64,000 bases of DNA from the human T2T-CHM13v2.0 reference genome, Homo sapiens, in the NCBI RefSeq assembly GCF_009914755.1, contig NC_060932.1. One strand, written 5' to 3'. Numbering within the stretch: position 1 is the first letter of the stretch; every line of letters starts with the position of its first letter. The notes under the pieces were generated by a model. The model made no database searches and had not been told where the DNA came from. It saw only the letters and a list, made by a program, of their open reading frames with translations. Position numbers and translations under genes: made by a program. Below, piece after piece: positions 46,972 to 61,605 of the stretch.

Positions 46972-47775
46972 TAGGTTGAATGATCTCAGTAATGATCATC
47001 CCCACCACCACTGCACCCCTGCCACACACACACACACATTCAAGCCTGAAACAGTATCCAATGGGGGGCTAGGCTGGGCATGGTGGCTCATTCCTGTAAT
47101 CCCAGCACTTTGGGAGGCTCAGGTGGGAAGATGATGTGAGCCCAGGAGTTCGAGGCCAGACTGGGCAACAAAGTAAGACCCTGTCTACAAAAAAGAAAAA
47201 AACAAAAAAAGAAAAAAACACATACGAAAAGTGGGCACAAGGTTAGGGGAGGGGAGAAGAACAAGGGTGTGGAGAGTAGGGGGCTGTGGCTGGGGCCACA
47301 AGGACCTGGGTCCACACGGCTGCCCATCACTCAACTGTGGTAATGTGCCTAACGGTGTCACGCGCCCTGCCAAAGACTAAACGCAGGTAAAGGAAACATG
47401 GGCCCAAGCACAGTAAGCCCTCAAAGGACCTGAGGTGGAGAGACAGGGGTAAGCCTCCAGCTCCTGGCCTCACCTTGGAGGCTGGGCTGTCGGGGGCTGG
47501 TGGATAAAGGGAGGGGCTGCTTTCAACGGAGTCAGGGGGTGGTGAAGGGGGACGTCAGTTCCAAACAGATACTGTTCCAGGCTTAAAACCACATACAACC
47601 GATGTGAAAGAACATTTTGTCATCAGATAAAAAGCTGGCTTCGCCTCCCCCTGGATTATCCAGGTCACTATGTTAGCTTTTCCCAGAAATATCCCGATAG
47701 AAAGCCGCTGGCTTCCATGCCCAAGCCCATTTTCCCCGGTAGCACGGTGTTTAAAGGGTTTGTCTTGGACTATGA

Positions 47776-48093
<318 letters not shown>

Positions 48094-48744
48094 TGTCTAC
48101 CAACTTCCATGAAAGATGACAGAAGGAATGCTGAGACCAGCACTTCGGGATCCTCCCTGCCGCAGTCTCGGCCTGCTTTCCGCCACTGTGGTTCTCCATA
48201 AAGGAGAGTGTCTTCCAGGCAGTGGGAATTGCAAGGATGGCCTTGGAGCCAGAACCACCTGTGTGCACTCCCACCTTAGTGATTTACAAGCCACATGTCT
48301 CCTGTGTGTGAATGAATGCCTCTGAGCCTCATTTGTCAGCTCTGTAAAGCTGAGGGGCTCACGCTTCTCCTGGGCTTGCTAAGGATTCAGGGGTTAATGC
48401 AGGCAGAGTGCCTGGGCCAGGTCTGCTCCACTGCGTGGCAGCACTAGTTGTGACAGCTACGTGACAGAAGTGCTGTCCACACGACAACATGTAAGCCTCG
48501 TGCCCCTCCACCCTCTTCTTGCCCTGTTCACATCAACGGGCGCACAAGTGGACGTGGTGGAGGTGGAATGCGGAAGGTGGAGGACAGAAAGGGGCCGAAG
48601 GCCCACAGTTTGTAAGCCGGGGCAAGTGCCACATATTTTTATGTATCCAGAGTGATCTCTGACAAGGGTTGGAGTGACCTGTGTCATCTATATACCCGAA
48701 AGCACAGCCAGAGGAAGCCTTGATTCTCTCCTGTCAGCAGGGTA

Positions 48745-48806
48745 GTGAACAACTCACAAAATGGCCTGATTTCAGAAGTTTGGGATCAACTGAGAATATG
48801 TTTATT
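48745..48806 (-). terminator. ASAP1: ASAP1 distal polyadenylation signal with downstream U/GU-rich element
   Basis: tttatt at 48801-48806 (AATAAA on minus); minus strand TTTTGTGAGTTGTT about 40 nt downstream; UGUA upstream at 48849-48852. Confidence 0.85.
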
Positions 48807-51405
48807 TAAAAGCAATTTTAAATATTAAAAAAAGTAGAAATTAACACATACAGTACTGAAAAACTGTCACATTAAACACATGTGAAATGACAAGTGTACT
48901 GATGTTTGATGGTAACATCCAGATGAGAATTCGGCATTTAACTAGTGGCACTACAGGATTCCTATACAACATGTTGAAGTTCTAGGCAATAAAAAAATAA
49001 ATAGCAATTGCTGTTCAACAGTAAAATAAGACACACACTATTTGCAGAACATAACTTTCCCCTCTGGGGGAAAAAGAACTAATTTGCTATTTTTTTTTCA
49101 TAAGGTTCCATATCTTCAAAATACTATATAATGTACAAAATTGCAGATAGTGGCTTACTGAGTTTAAGATCAAGATCAGACTTAAACTCAACAAGATCAC
49201 CAAAGGTATTTCTACTGAGTTTTCCTATGTCCCACAGTAAGCTGGGTTAGAGAGAACTCAAATTCCTGATGGAAAACAAAACCGAACAAAAAAACTAGAA
49301 AAAAAAGGTGTTAAAAATGCTGTGTAAGTTGCTGCAAAAGGGGAAAAAGAATAGACACTAACTCCATGTAATTTTAGACATGCAGCTTTTGTGTTTTTTT
49401 TTTGTTTTTGTTTTTTTTTTTTTTTTGAAAAAAACCAGTTTATTTTGAGATCAGTGAAAAGAGTCTAGGCCACAGAAAAGAACAGCTCTTTAATGCAAGT
49501 TAAAATGTGTAAATGAATGACCGGGACACTGAGCAACCTCAGATGCAGACTTCCATCCGGACACTGGTGTGGCTTCAGTACCGAGGCTGCTAAAGCTGCC
49601 AGTCACAACCCAGCATGTCAACTGGTTCCTCATGCTCTGTTTGGTGTGGAAATTCACATGTGCCCTGACACTGAGGAAGCAATTGCTTAAAATCACTTTC
49701 CAATAACAGCTGATAAAATATTTTGCAGGTTTGTCATGCAAGGTTTATTTATTAGGTGGCTATTCAAAGTTTGTATAGCAACCACTTAAGCAGAACTAAA
49801 TTAATATTCACTGAGCACTGTAACGATGGAAGAGGGCTTTTCCTAAGGGTTGGGTTGGGAGTTGTGCTTCTGTGAAATTAACATCTCTCACTCATTGCCA
49901 AGATTCTCTGCTTAAAAATATTAGTTTTCTGTGCTGTTGCCAAAATAGCAATTTAAGCAAATGTAGTGCCAGAATGACACATGAGCCTCGGACTCAGGGA
50001 ACAGTTCCACTGACTGTGGAGTACAACTATTGCATTCTTTTCCAAAATTCAGACTGATGTAAAAGACTGAAATACAATGTTCTTAAGGATCTGATAAACA
50101 TGGCTGGGATGAAAAGAAAACTGAGAGGGAAGAGTGCTTTTCACAGTGCAATTCATAGCAGCGTTCAAAAACTTGGTTATGAATTGACTTGAAGGTGGAC
50201 AGAGCTTAAGACTGGAAAAATTATCTATAATTGGGGTTTAACAAAGAGCATGGGAAAAGAAACACTTGGTTTCAGCACCTGGATTCTACATACAGTAGGG
50301 AAACTGTGTGAAGGGTTGACTTTTAAATTCATCTTGAATAATCTTTTAAAAGTTTAAATTTGTCCAAGAACAAAACTAAGAAAATAATAAAAAATGGATG
50401 CAATGGATGCTTCAACACATCTGAGAGATGTGCATTCATAACACAATATGTCAATCCATACTCTTGAGAAAGCCAGTGATTAGAAACAAATATTGTTGCA
50501 ACCTTATAATTTCTGCTTTAATGGCAATCAAGTTTAAAAAATGTACAATTCCACTTATCCATACTATTCCTTTATAAAAGGCAGATTTCAGGTAAGCTTC
50601 TAAATGCATGCGTAATGTAGAGGCTAATATTTTCTGGCAGTCCTTGGTTCCTGAAATTTGAACTTCATATGTGTTTTAAACTTTTGTCAAAATAGTCATG
50701 AAAGATATGTTATTTTTGCATAATGAGGTAATATATCAGGGGCGGGCACTCATAAGACAGTATAAATCCACTTGTCTAAACTTGCATGAGGCTGTGTGCA
50801 TTGTAAAATGCCATAAAGAGTTTTGGGTCAGTGAATATTTTGCTGAAGGAATAACACTTACATTTAACTGAGCACTTTTCTGTAATAAATACCAAAGTAG
50901 GTTTTTGTAGCTGTAAACTGTGTACACAGATAACTACAGGCTGGTCTGTCATGGAGCTAAAAGTTTCACCTGGAAAACAGAACCCACCTCTTTGCTAATG
51001 TTGCATTTTCAGTAACACAATTGAGAATACTGCATTGTTAGGAACAGAGTCAATTCTATGCCTTTCAACGGTTGCTGGAGACCACTTCTATTTGCAAAGC
51101 CAGCAGTTCCTATACTCCTATTTTTGTTTGTTTGCTTGTAGAACAGCATAGAGAGATGTAAGTGCTAGATGCCAAGGATGGCTTTGGCAAACCAGTAAGG
51201 CGCGCCGGGTCCGAGGCTACCCTCATACTGGTGAAGGCAGAAAACCACAGGATATTTACAACACACATTATATCCCCCTCCTGAGGTGGCCCTTCCATGA
51301 GTTTCTTACTCTGTAACAGCAGCTATATACACACTGTGCCCAGGGTTACATGAAGGCAGCAGTCTTGCATGAAGGATGTGGACAATCTTAAGGTTCTGCG
51401 TTTTG
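48781..51405 (-). other. ASAP1: ASAP1 3'UTR (~2.6 kb)
   Basis: AT-rich stretch without obvious interspersed repeats, running from the stop codon to the distal AATAAA; exact cleavage site inferred. Confidence 0.9.
49744..49753 (-). terminator. ASAP1: Candidate proximal poly(A) signal (overlapping AATAAATAAA)
   Basis: tttatttatt on plus gives two overlapping AATAAA hexamers on the sense strand; usage not provable from sequence. Confidence 0.45.
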
Positions 51406-51480
51406 CTAGTCAGACAGGATATGAACAAAGGACACTGGAAAGACCCCCTTCCTTTCAGGCTGTCCTTCGATGTGGCCAAT
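51406..51480 (-). CDS. ASAP1: ASAP1 last coding exon: C-terminal SH3 and stop
   Basis: Acceptor CTCTCTTTTCTCCCTGCAG| then IGHIEGQPERKGVFPVSFVHILSD-TAG (TAG at 51408-51406); SH3 G-x-FP-x-x-(Y/F)V motif. Too short for the ORF track. Confidence 0.97.
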   Translation of the reverse strand: MGHIEGQPERKGVFPVSFVHILSD

Positions 51481-53057
51481 CTGCAGGGAGAAAAGAGAGT
51501 GGTCAGGATGGAGGCAGCAGGCAGTGGCCCCACGACAAACCCAGTGGGTAAGAGCCCAGCCTAGTCTGCCCACAGACCTGGCGGTGGAATCCCAGGCTTA
51601 CCCTTCTTCCCACCCTTTAGTGAACTACAGAGAGCTTAACGGTCATAAACTACATAAGGAAAGAGCAAACGACAGAACTTCCAATATGCTCAGCATTCTA
51701 CATGGATCTTGCTGTACCCACACAGCAACCCCCTGAGGTGGATATTTCTTATACAGTTTACAATCTTCATTTTACAGATGAAGGGACAGTGGCCCAGAGA
51801 GGTGACATGCTCTCCCACAGGCGTGGGGCTCTAGAGTCCTTGCTCTGAACCAGGGCGCCTGGCTGCCTTTACAGCTGGGTGACCTCACACAAACCTTGCT
51901 AAGCCTTTTCTCTGTTAAGTGGGGCTAAAGAAAATCCCTTCTCTCCAGGCTTGTGTGATACATTTAAAAAAGAAAAAAAAAAAAAAAAGCAAATGAAAAG
52001 GCTGCTATGGCACCTGGCCAATCCCAGTACTATTACCTATTCCTAGTTGGGAAGGAAGGGGTTTCTTTGCCCACAGCCCAGGTAGGATGCATACAGACCA
52101 TTAAGCTGTGTCAGCTGCCTGGCAAGACCCACTGCGGGGTACCATACTCAAATCAAAGCTAATCTTGTTCTGTCTCTTCTCTTTGTGAGTAAAGTGTTGT
52201 TCTAGCCAGTAAAAAAAAAAAAAAAAGGCTGCTATGTACTATCACTTGTTTTCTGGTTACCGTGGAGGAAGAATACTGTGAAAGTTTGAGACTGATGGTG
52301 GCGAATGGCAATTTTATTGTCTGCTGCATTGGCCTGTAAGCCAGTTACCTGTAAAAATTTTCTAATTACCTCAATTAGATTAGTATTGATTGCACTAAAG
52401 AGAATCATGTAATGGGCCTTCAATAGAAAAAACAAAATCGTGCATATTGGCTTCCAATGCCAAATCGATAGAGAGGAAGGTGGTTTTAAGAGTGGAACAG
52501 AGTCAACCAGGCCTGCCCAGCTCTCCTGAAGGCTTGCCCACCCACTGCGTGTGGTCTTAGTTGGCATCATGCATGTGTGAGGTCTTTGTGAATTTCACAT
52601 CACAGTTAGCATGTGTGTGTGGCACCATCTTTACATCTGGCGAGGCACGTAATGGTGGCACACACAATGTCCCCTAGGAATGATGCTAGGGACACCAATG
52701 ACAGCTTCCCATTCCCCGCAGGTATCTCTGCTGTAGTCATCAGTTGCTTAGCAAAGAACATGATCACTGCTTGATTATAATAATATTAACAGATTACAAA
52801 GTGAGTTCCTCAACATCCTTGTGAGAAACGATTAATCATGTCCTATTTTTCAGAGGAAAGTGAGGCTTACAGAAGGGACATGCTTTATCCAAGGCCCATA
52901 GAGCTAGTAACTGATTCACGTGGGGGGGCTTCAGAGCCCACCTCCTCGTCATGAGATGAAGTGGACTCTCTGACAGGCTTCATGCCAGGGGCTGGCCCCA
53001 CTCTGCTGACAGAGGCTGGAGGTACCCCTGGGCCTCCCCAGGCTGATCCCTTCAGTC

Positions 53058-53272
53058 CAGTTTCTCAACCATGGTGCTACTGGCATCCTTGCTTGTGGGG
53101 GCTCCCTGAGTACTGGAGGATGTTTAGTGGCATCCCTGGCCACTAAACTTCCATCTACTAGTTGTTGGTAGCAACCCCCTTCCTAGGTCCTGACAATCAA
53201 TATTTCCAGATATTGTAAATGTCCCTGGAGGGCAAAATTGCCCCAGTTGAGTCCAAACAAAATCCCTACAGC
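53058..53272. mobile_element. MER20 (hAT-Charlie)
   Basis: GGATGTTTAGTGGCATCCCTGGCC..TCCAGATATTGTAAATGTCCCTGGAGGGCAAAATTGCCCCAGTTGAG. Confidence 0.8.
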
Positions 53273-54026
53273 TGTGATTAAGAATCTGAGGTCACTGTCT
53301 AGGCCTGAAGGAAGAAAAGTCAAAGGTGAATGTGTGCCCATGCCTATGTGTGTGTGCACACATGTATATACATATGTATTTCTGGGTATTCTTAGGTACT
53401 GCTGGCTCAACTGCGAGCCTCAGGTCCCTTCCTGGCAGACAGAACTGAGTCCCTCTTGGCAGGACGGGGCTCAGGCTGCCAAGGAAGGGGAATTTTCACC
53501 CTGATGTCAGGAAATGATCAACAAGGAGAGCAGAAGAGGTGGCTTATTCACTGTACCTTGGCCTGGCAGTTCCCATCGGGAGACTTACTCCCTGGCAACG
53601 TGAAAACCAATAGATGTGTGGACTGCCCTCGCAGGTCACTCACAGCCTGGGTACCTAGCAGGGCCTATGAGGATGCTGATGTCTTTCCCTCCTGATGCCT
53701 GAGCTGCAGGTTTTAATGTAAAAGGAGTTTTCATAGATATTTTCATTTAATCTTTTCCTAAAATTACGTGGAGAAGGTGTCTTGGCCTATTTGACAAAGA
53801 AAGAACTGCAGACTGGATTAAGAATTGAGTCTGAGGACTTGTCAACTGCTCAGCCTGAGCAGGAACTTGGGCATTCTGATTCCCAGCCTGGGGACAGTGT
53901 GGAATGGTGAGCAAAGCACATAGGCTCTGGGGTCAGGGCCGATCTGGAATCTTGACTTAGCCTGCTTACTGGCTGAGGGACCACAGGCAACATGCTCAAC
54001 TTTCTTCCGCTTTAGTATTTATATGA

Positions 54027-54423
<397 letters not shown>

Positions 54424-54629
54424 AGCTCCACGGCTGTTTTTCTAGCATGTAATAGTGTGTGACATAGAAAAGACACCAAATGCAATGGCTGTTGGGTGAG
54501 TGATGCAGCTGACAGGGTCCTTGTGCTCAAGAGCCCTCTTTTACTGCACTGTCTGTAGGCTCCAATGTGGTGCCTGCCCAGGCATGCTGTATGAATGTAC
54601 GGATGAAGTGGATGGATATTCGTACGTAC

Positions 54630-54752
54630 CCACCACTCCTGGTCCTCTTCCCCTGTGACGATAATCACTTCTCCCTCGATGAATGTGAGCTCGTCATCGT
54701 TGTCTGCCTGGCAGTCATAAATGGTCTTCACTCGCCTCACTTTATTTTTCCC
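54630..54752 (-). CDS. ASAP1: ASAP1 penultimate coding exon, N-terminal part of SH3 domain (123 bp, phase 0/0)
   Basis: GKNKVRRVKTIYDCQADNDDELTFIEGEVIIVTGEEDQEWW, SH3 ALYDY/ELSF/WW equivalents; acceptor TTTCTTTCTTTAAG|, donor TGG|GTACGT; in frame with flanking exons. Confidence 0.97.
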
Positions 54753-55843
54753 CTTAAAGAAAGAAACTGGGTTTTAATTGAAAGAATGGACTGAATGGAA
54801 AAAAAGAGCAGCGGTTCTTTGTAAAATGGTTGACCTTGGCCAGTAACTTAACCTCGCTGAGCCTTGATTTCCTCACCCTTGAAGGGCGGGAAGAAGAGTG
54901 TCTGTCAGGCACCCAGCATACTGTGTACTCTTAACTACAGGCCCTTCCTCTCCCCCCATCATCAGGGTGGCCCTGCATTGGTGATTGGGCATCATCAAGT
55001 TATTTTCACCAGAAAGCAAACACTATGGGTAGGGATCAAAATTGAGCTTCACCAAAAACCATCAAGCACTCTGTACGCACCCCCAACCCACATCAGCTTG
55101 CAGAATGACAGCAGAGTCTAAAAATGTTTTTAGGAAACATGATGTAAAGCAAAATCTGCAGCTTCTGCATAATGAATGTGCAGCATAAACAAATTTGTCA
55201 GTCCCCTCATGCAAAACAGCAAGTCAGTACATGCTGGTTAAACACAGCAGGATCGGCCTGGGGCTCGGAGAAGTCTATGCAGTTCCTAAAACAGTTTTAA
55301 TTTTTGATTAGTTTTGATTTGAGCATTTATTTGTTGAACTTCCAGTTCTTTGCAAATAGAAAAGTGAAAATAGAGGTATCACCTTCTAAATGATGGGTTT
55401 TTGTTTTGCACCTGGCTAATTGGCAATTTTAAAAAAAGCAAGCTGTCTCTTTAAATGTTTTGGGTGGAGTGCCTCTTCCTCTCTGTCCCCTGGTTTCTCC
55501 TTTAATCACCCTGATAGTTCCAGCTGCTTTCCGAGCTCCCTTCTGGGCCGTGCGGGTGGGTTGGAGAAGCCTGGCAGAACTGTGGCAGTGACTGCGTGAG
55601 CAACTGAGAGGCCTGTAGTGTGTTAATTTATAACACAGAGATTAAATGACATAATAAAACTATATAGTGTGTAGCATGAAATGAAAATTTTGCATCAGTG
55701 GTGCTTGGGAGTCATGGGAGAGTTCCCTTTTGAATAGCAGAAGTATCCACCATCAGACACGGCAGCCTCCAACCTACAGGAAGATGGGTTTTATTTTTCT
55801 TAATTTAAGTATTGATATGACACACTTTTACTGCAACATTTAA

Positions 55844-56782
<939 letters not shown>

Positions 56783-57253
56783 GAGAGAGAGAGAAAATAC
56801 CCAGAACCCCGAGAGGGAAATTGGTTTCTCGTGACCCTCAGGAAAGGAAAAGTTTCATCCTCAAGGTTCCTAGGTAATAGTGACTACTTGCTCAGTGGTC
56901 TAGGTGCCAGCCAAGTGCTGCTCATTTGTCACTGTATTTAATCATCTGTGAGCTCAAATATTGTATTAGCTCCTTTTTGTATGTGAAGAAAGTAAGACTC
57001 AGAGAAAGTAACTTGCCAAGGTTGTGCAGTTATGTCAGGCACTGAAGCCAGGTCTTGAAGCCTGTCTGCTGGAGCCTAAAGCCTGGGTTTGTAACCCACA
57101 GGCTCTAATCCACCATCATGCTTGAACCAGAGCACATAAGGGTCAGGTGAGCAAGCTCTCACTTTTTCTTGTGTAAGTTGGAGCACCTGCCCTCCCACCA
57201 ACTTGCAAAGTGCGGAATAGGGTTCCTAAGGGCCTGAACATTGTCCCACCCAC

Positions 57254-57744
57254 CGTATTGATTTTTCTGGGCAGTGGTACGGGCGTCTCTGGCAGAGTAG
57301 GCGTGAGGTCGTTGGAGTCTTCAGATGCTTGCTTTTGGATGGCGTCTCTGGACTGCACATTTGGGGATAGATCCAATGGGTGTGACTTCAGTGTGACCTC
57401 AGAGGGTTGCTGAGCCTTGGGTGAGACATCTCCAGTCTGGGATTTTGCTAGCAGGTCTCCCAGCTGTGGTTTGGGGGGCAGGTCCTTCATCTGTGGTTTG
57501 GGAGGTAAGTCTGAGAGTTGGGGTTTGGGTGGCAGGTCCCCCAGCTGTGGTTTGGGGGGCAGTTCTCCTGGCTTAGGCGGCAAATCTCCAATTTGGGGCT
57601 TGGGGGCCAGTTCTGTGGGCTTTGGGGGCAGGTCTCCAGGTGGTGGCTTTTGTGGCAACTCTGCCAACTGTGATGATTTCTGAAAGATTTCGGGCGGGAT
57701 GGTGGCTTTGTCTAGGGAGAGATGATCTGTTTTCCTTAGTGCCA
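57254..57744 (-). CDS. ASAP1: ASAP1 antepenultimate coding exon, proline-rich (E/D)LPPKP repeat region (491 bp, phase 1 in, phase 0 out)
   Basis: Translates (V)ALRKTDHLSLDKATIPPEIFQK...DLPPKPQLG...TPVPLPRKINT, the ASAP1 Pro-rich region; acceptor TTCCACAG| (AG 57746-57745), donor ACG|GTGGGT (GT 57253-57252). Confidence 0.97.
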
Positions 57745-60700
57745 CTGTGGAAGCAATCAAAAACAAGGAGGTCATTGGTGGGAAGGGCTGCTTTCCTGTC
57801 AGTCACCTAAAAGAGGCACCATCATCATGAAGGGAACTGACCTATAGTGAGCACTTGAAATGGATGAACTCAGGGGCCAGGCCCACCCAGGCAGTTTTAC
57901 AAAGACAAAGTTTGAAAGCCTGGAAAGTGTTACAATTCATGATTTTATGCTTCAATTATATAAGAACAGGATGTCTACATTCATCCAGAATTAAAAAAAA
58001 TAAATAGAAACAGATTGCAGAGAATCGGAAAGTACAGAGTTCTTAAGCCTAACACCTAAATGTAGCCATTTAAAATTCTTTTATATAGTTCCTTTTAATT
58101 TTCCTATATATTTTCTATAGATATAACTTTTACTTGCTTTTATCTAATACCATTTTAGCAACAGTATTTGTCATGTTATTAAAAATTATTTACTAGTTGT
58201 ATGTAATTTTGAATGGTGCATTCTATTCCATTCTATAGCTGTATCATAATTTATTATTATTTCTCCCCATTTTACATGATTCATGCAGTATATAAGCGAG
58301 GTAGCAAAAGGCTTCTTCTACTTTGTGCCCCTGTCTCGGGTTAACCTCTGTTACATTTTGGTGATACACACGCGTGTGCTATGTCTTTTAAAAACCATAC
58401 AAGGGATACATAGTCTGAAACTTTGCTTTTCTCCCACTTACTATGTTTAGGAAAGCTCCAAATCAGTTCTTTTTTATTCTGTTTAATGGCTGCACAGTAT
58501 GCACAGCTTAGGAAATGTATCAATTTGTTGACCCATTTCCATAGCTCTTTGTACAGCTCTTGGTACTTAGAAAACTATGGACATGTCTCCAATTTTAGCT
58601 CCACCACTTACTAGCTGTGTGAATTTGGGCAAATTACACAACCTCTCTATGCTGCAATTTACTGATCTCTTAAAACCCTACTTCAAAGGGTTGGCATGCA
58701 GATTACATGGGTTAATATATGCAAAGAATTTACTGACAAGCCCTGGCAGGCTGTAAGCATTATGCAGTAGTACTACCATCACTGTTAGGGTTCTTTAAGG
58801 CCCTATTACAGTATTACATTCCTGTTTTACTCATTTTTGTAACTTTGGCTCCTGGCACAAGGGCCAAGGACATAGCCTGCACTCAGGGAGGAAACAGCTG
58901 ACTAAGGCACACTGAGTGACTCACATTAGGAATTTGATCCTAAAAATATAACGTATTCAGAAAGACATTCTTAAAGAAGGAGAAGAAACAGATAAACCTC
59001 ATGTTGTAAATGTCACAGGCTGTACTAGGGCTGTTTCTGCTCATGACCTGTCTAGTCATATCTCTAAAAAAGTCAAAATCAAGGGGCACCCTGCTCACAG
59101 GCTGGTCCCTAAGCTTCTGCTGAGGTGGCTTGGCTCTAAAAGTTAATTTACATGAATCTCGTTCCTCTCTTGGAAGTCTGAAATTGGCTAAGAAACAATC
59201 TGAGCCAGGCAGTCAAGAGGGAAAAAGCTAGGGGGAATCCCTGAGGTGGTGGGGCTAGAAAGGCCTTGGCTGTGAGTCACACTGATGGGGCAAGAGAAAC
59301 TCTAAGTGCCAGGCATGGAAAACCTTCAAAATACCCCACCCTCTTCACCTGCAGCTCCAATTCTAGGAATTTATCCTAAAACAGTGATCAAAGTCATACA
59401 CTGAGATGTCTGTGCTAGAGTGTTTGGCACAGTACTGCTTATAACGAAAAAAATGCCACCCATCTGAATGCAGGGGATTGTATGGACAATAAATAAAAAT
59501 TAGCCAGGTGTGGTGGTACATGCCTGCAGTCCTAGCTACTCGGGAGACTGAGACTGGAGGATTGCTTGAGCCCGGGGTCCAAGGCTACAGTGAACTATGA
59601 CGGTGCCATTGCACTCCAGCCTGGGTGACAGAGTGAGACTCTGTCTCAATAAACCAACAAACAACAATGATATGTAGCCAATAAAAATTATACTGTTGTA
59701 TAATTAATAGCATGAAAAATGTTTTTATTATGTGAAAAATATTAGCTTAAACAGAAACTTTAAAGAAGAGCAGAGAAAAAAAAGATGAAAGATATACACT
59801 AACTCATCAGTTATCTTGGGTGGTAAGACTTCAGGTAGTTTTTATTTTATTTTTCTTTTTAGTTCTATTGAGACAGGGTCTCCCTCTGTTACTGAGGCTG
59901 GAGTGCAGTGGTGCAATCAGGGCTCACTGCAACCTTGACCTCCCAGGCTCCAAATGATCTTCCTGTCTCAGCCTCCTGAGTAGCTAGGACCACAGGTATG
60001 TACCACCGCACTCAGCTAATTTTTAATTTTTTAGTAGAGACGTGCAGGGCCATGCTGTCCCCAGCTTCAGGTATTTAGACCCTGTTCCACATCCTCTCTC
60101 CGCACTCCTGGCTTTGGTGTGACAATGTGACTGTTGGCACCAGTCTGAGACCCTTGAGGGGAAGAGGCAAGGCTGGCCAGGGCCTCAGGGTACACTGGCC
60201 CAGGTGACTCAACTCTGGGCAGGAGAGAGATGGGACTACAGGGCAGGGAAAGAGAGGAGATTGGCCTTCTTGAGACCTGCTGCATGACGTAGCTTCATCT
60301 TCCTAAGAGCCCCGCGATGTGGATATCACCATCATCCCCATCTTCCAAGATACCGAGGGAGGCCGTGGAGCCTCCCACATCACAAAGTGAGTAAGAAGAG
60401 ATGGTCGATTCCTAGCCCAAGGATAGTTCAGACTTACAGGAAAAGGGTTACCATTCCACCCCTATTTGCTGGGCATGTGCCGTGCCCAGCACCCTTTCAG
60501 GCACTTGGGACACAGCTGATGGAAAGAACTAGGGCCCTGCCTGCTGGGAGCTCACATTCCACGAGAGGGTGACAAGTAAACATGGAGTTACCAGAGGGTG
60601 AGGGCAGGTAAGCAGGGGAAGGGAGAAAAGAGTGCTGGCTGGGTGGGGAGGAGGAGAGTGACCACCAAGGAGGGTGTGGTCAGGGAAGGCCACTCTGATA

Positions 60701-61189
60701 TGGCAAGAGTGCGTCAAAAATGTGCAGGAGGCTTGGACACCAGCCATGCTGATATCTGGTGGGGGTTGCGAGAAGAACCACCAGATGGTTCAGGACAGAG
60801 GAGTGACATGATTGAATGTGGAAGGCTCCAGTGTTCTGTTGAGAACAGACTGCAGGACCAGGTTAGAAGGCTCCAGGCAGACAGGGTAGGAGGCTCCAAC
60901 TGTCCAGACAAGAGATGATGCTCATTTGATCCTAGCTGACAACGGTGGAGATGATGAGAAGTGACTGGGTTTTAAATAGATGTGGAAGGGGGAAGAAACA
61001 GTATTTGTACAAGCACAGGATGTGGTGTGTGAGAGAAACGGAAGAGCTAAGCACCTCTCTCAGGCTTTAAGGCCTGAACACCTGGAAGAATGACACTGCC
61101 TTTAACAGACGGGGACACTGAGGAAGGAACAGTCTGGAATGGAGCCGGAGTCCGTATTCCAGTTTTAAGTAGAGAAGCCTGTCAGACAC

Positions 61190-61567
61190 TGTGTGGGGAA
61201 AACTTGCTCCTCTAACCGTGCTTTTCCCTCTACTCTCACACCACAACAATCATCAACACAGAAGAAAACTTCTGTGACCAAATGTGTGGGGGTCTCACCC
61301 CACCACCAAGCAGCGGATACCAGCCAGGTGTCTTCCAATCCAATTCTGACACCATCTACCTGGAGACAGCGTTAGATCCCACAGCTTGAGGCTCAGTCCC
61401 CCAGAATGTTCCCACCTTCCTGTCCAGTCGCAAGCCCAGGCCTCTGGAATTTCTGACCAGTTGGCTTCAACTGGGGTTCCAACAATCCCCTCTGGGTTTG
61501 ACTGATTTGCTAGAGTGGTTCACAGAACTCAAAGAAACACTTACCTAAGTTTATCAGTTTACTAAGA

Positions 61568-61605
<38 letters not shown>

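Noticed and set aside
45392-47134. Six ORFs of 448-547 aa (GGQRRTH/GAEENTW/GGRGEHM and Pro/Cys-rich repeats)
   Set aside because: The VNTR unit lacks stop codons in every frame and G-run length changes swap peptides between frames; no promoter or splice support.
52232-52570. 112-aa minus-strand ORF in the ASAP1 last intron
   Set aside because: No recognisable homology or good acceptor; length attainable by chance.
57143-57253. In-frame extensions of ASAP1 exon ORFs into introns (also 54396-54629)
   Set aside because: Canonical donors explain the exon ends; the extensions have no protein-like features and one runs into an Alu.
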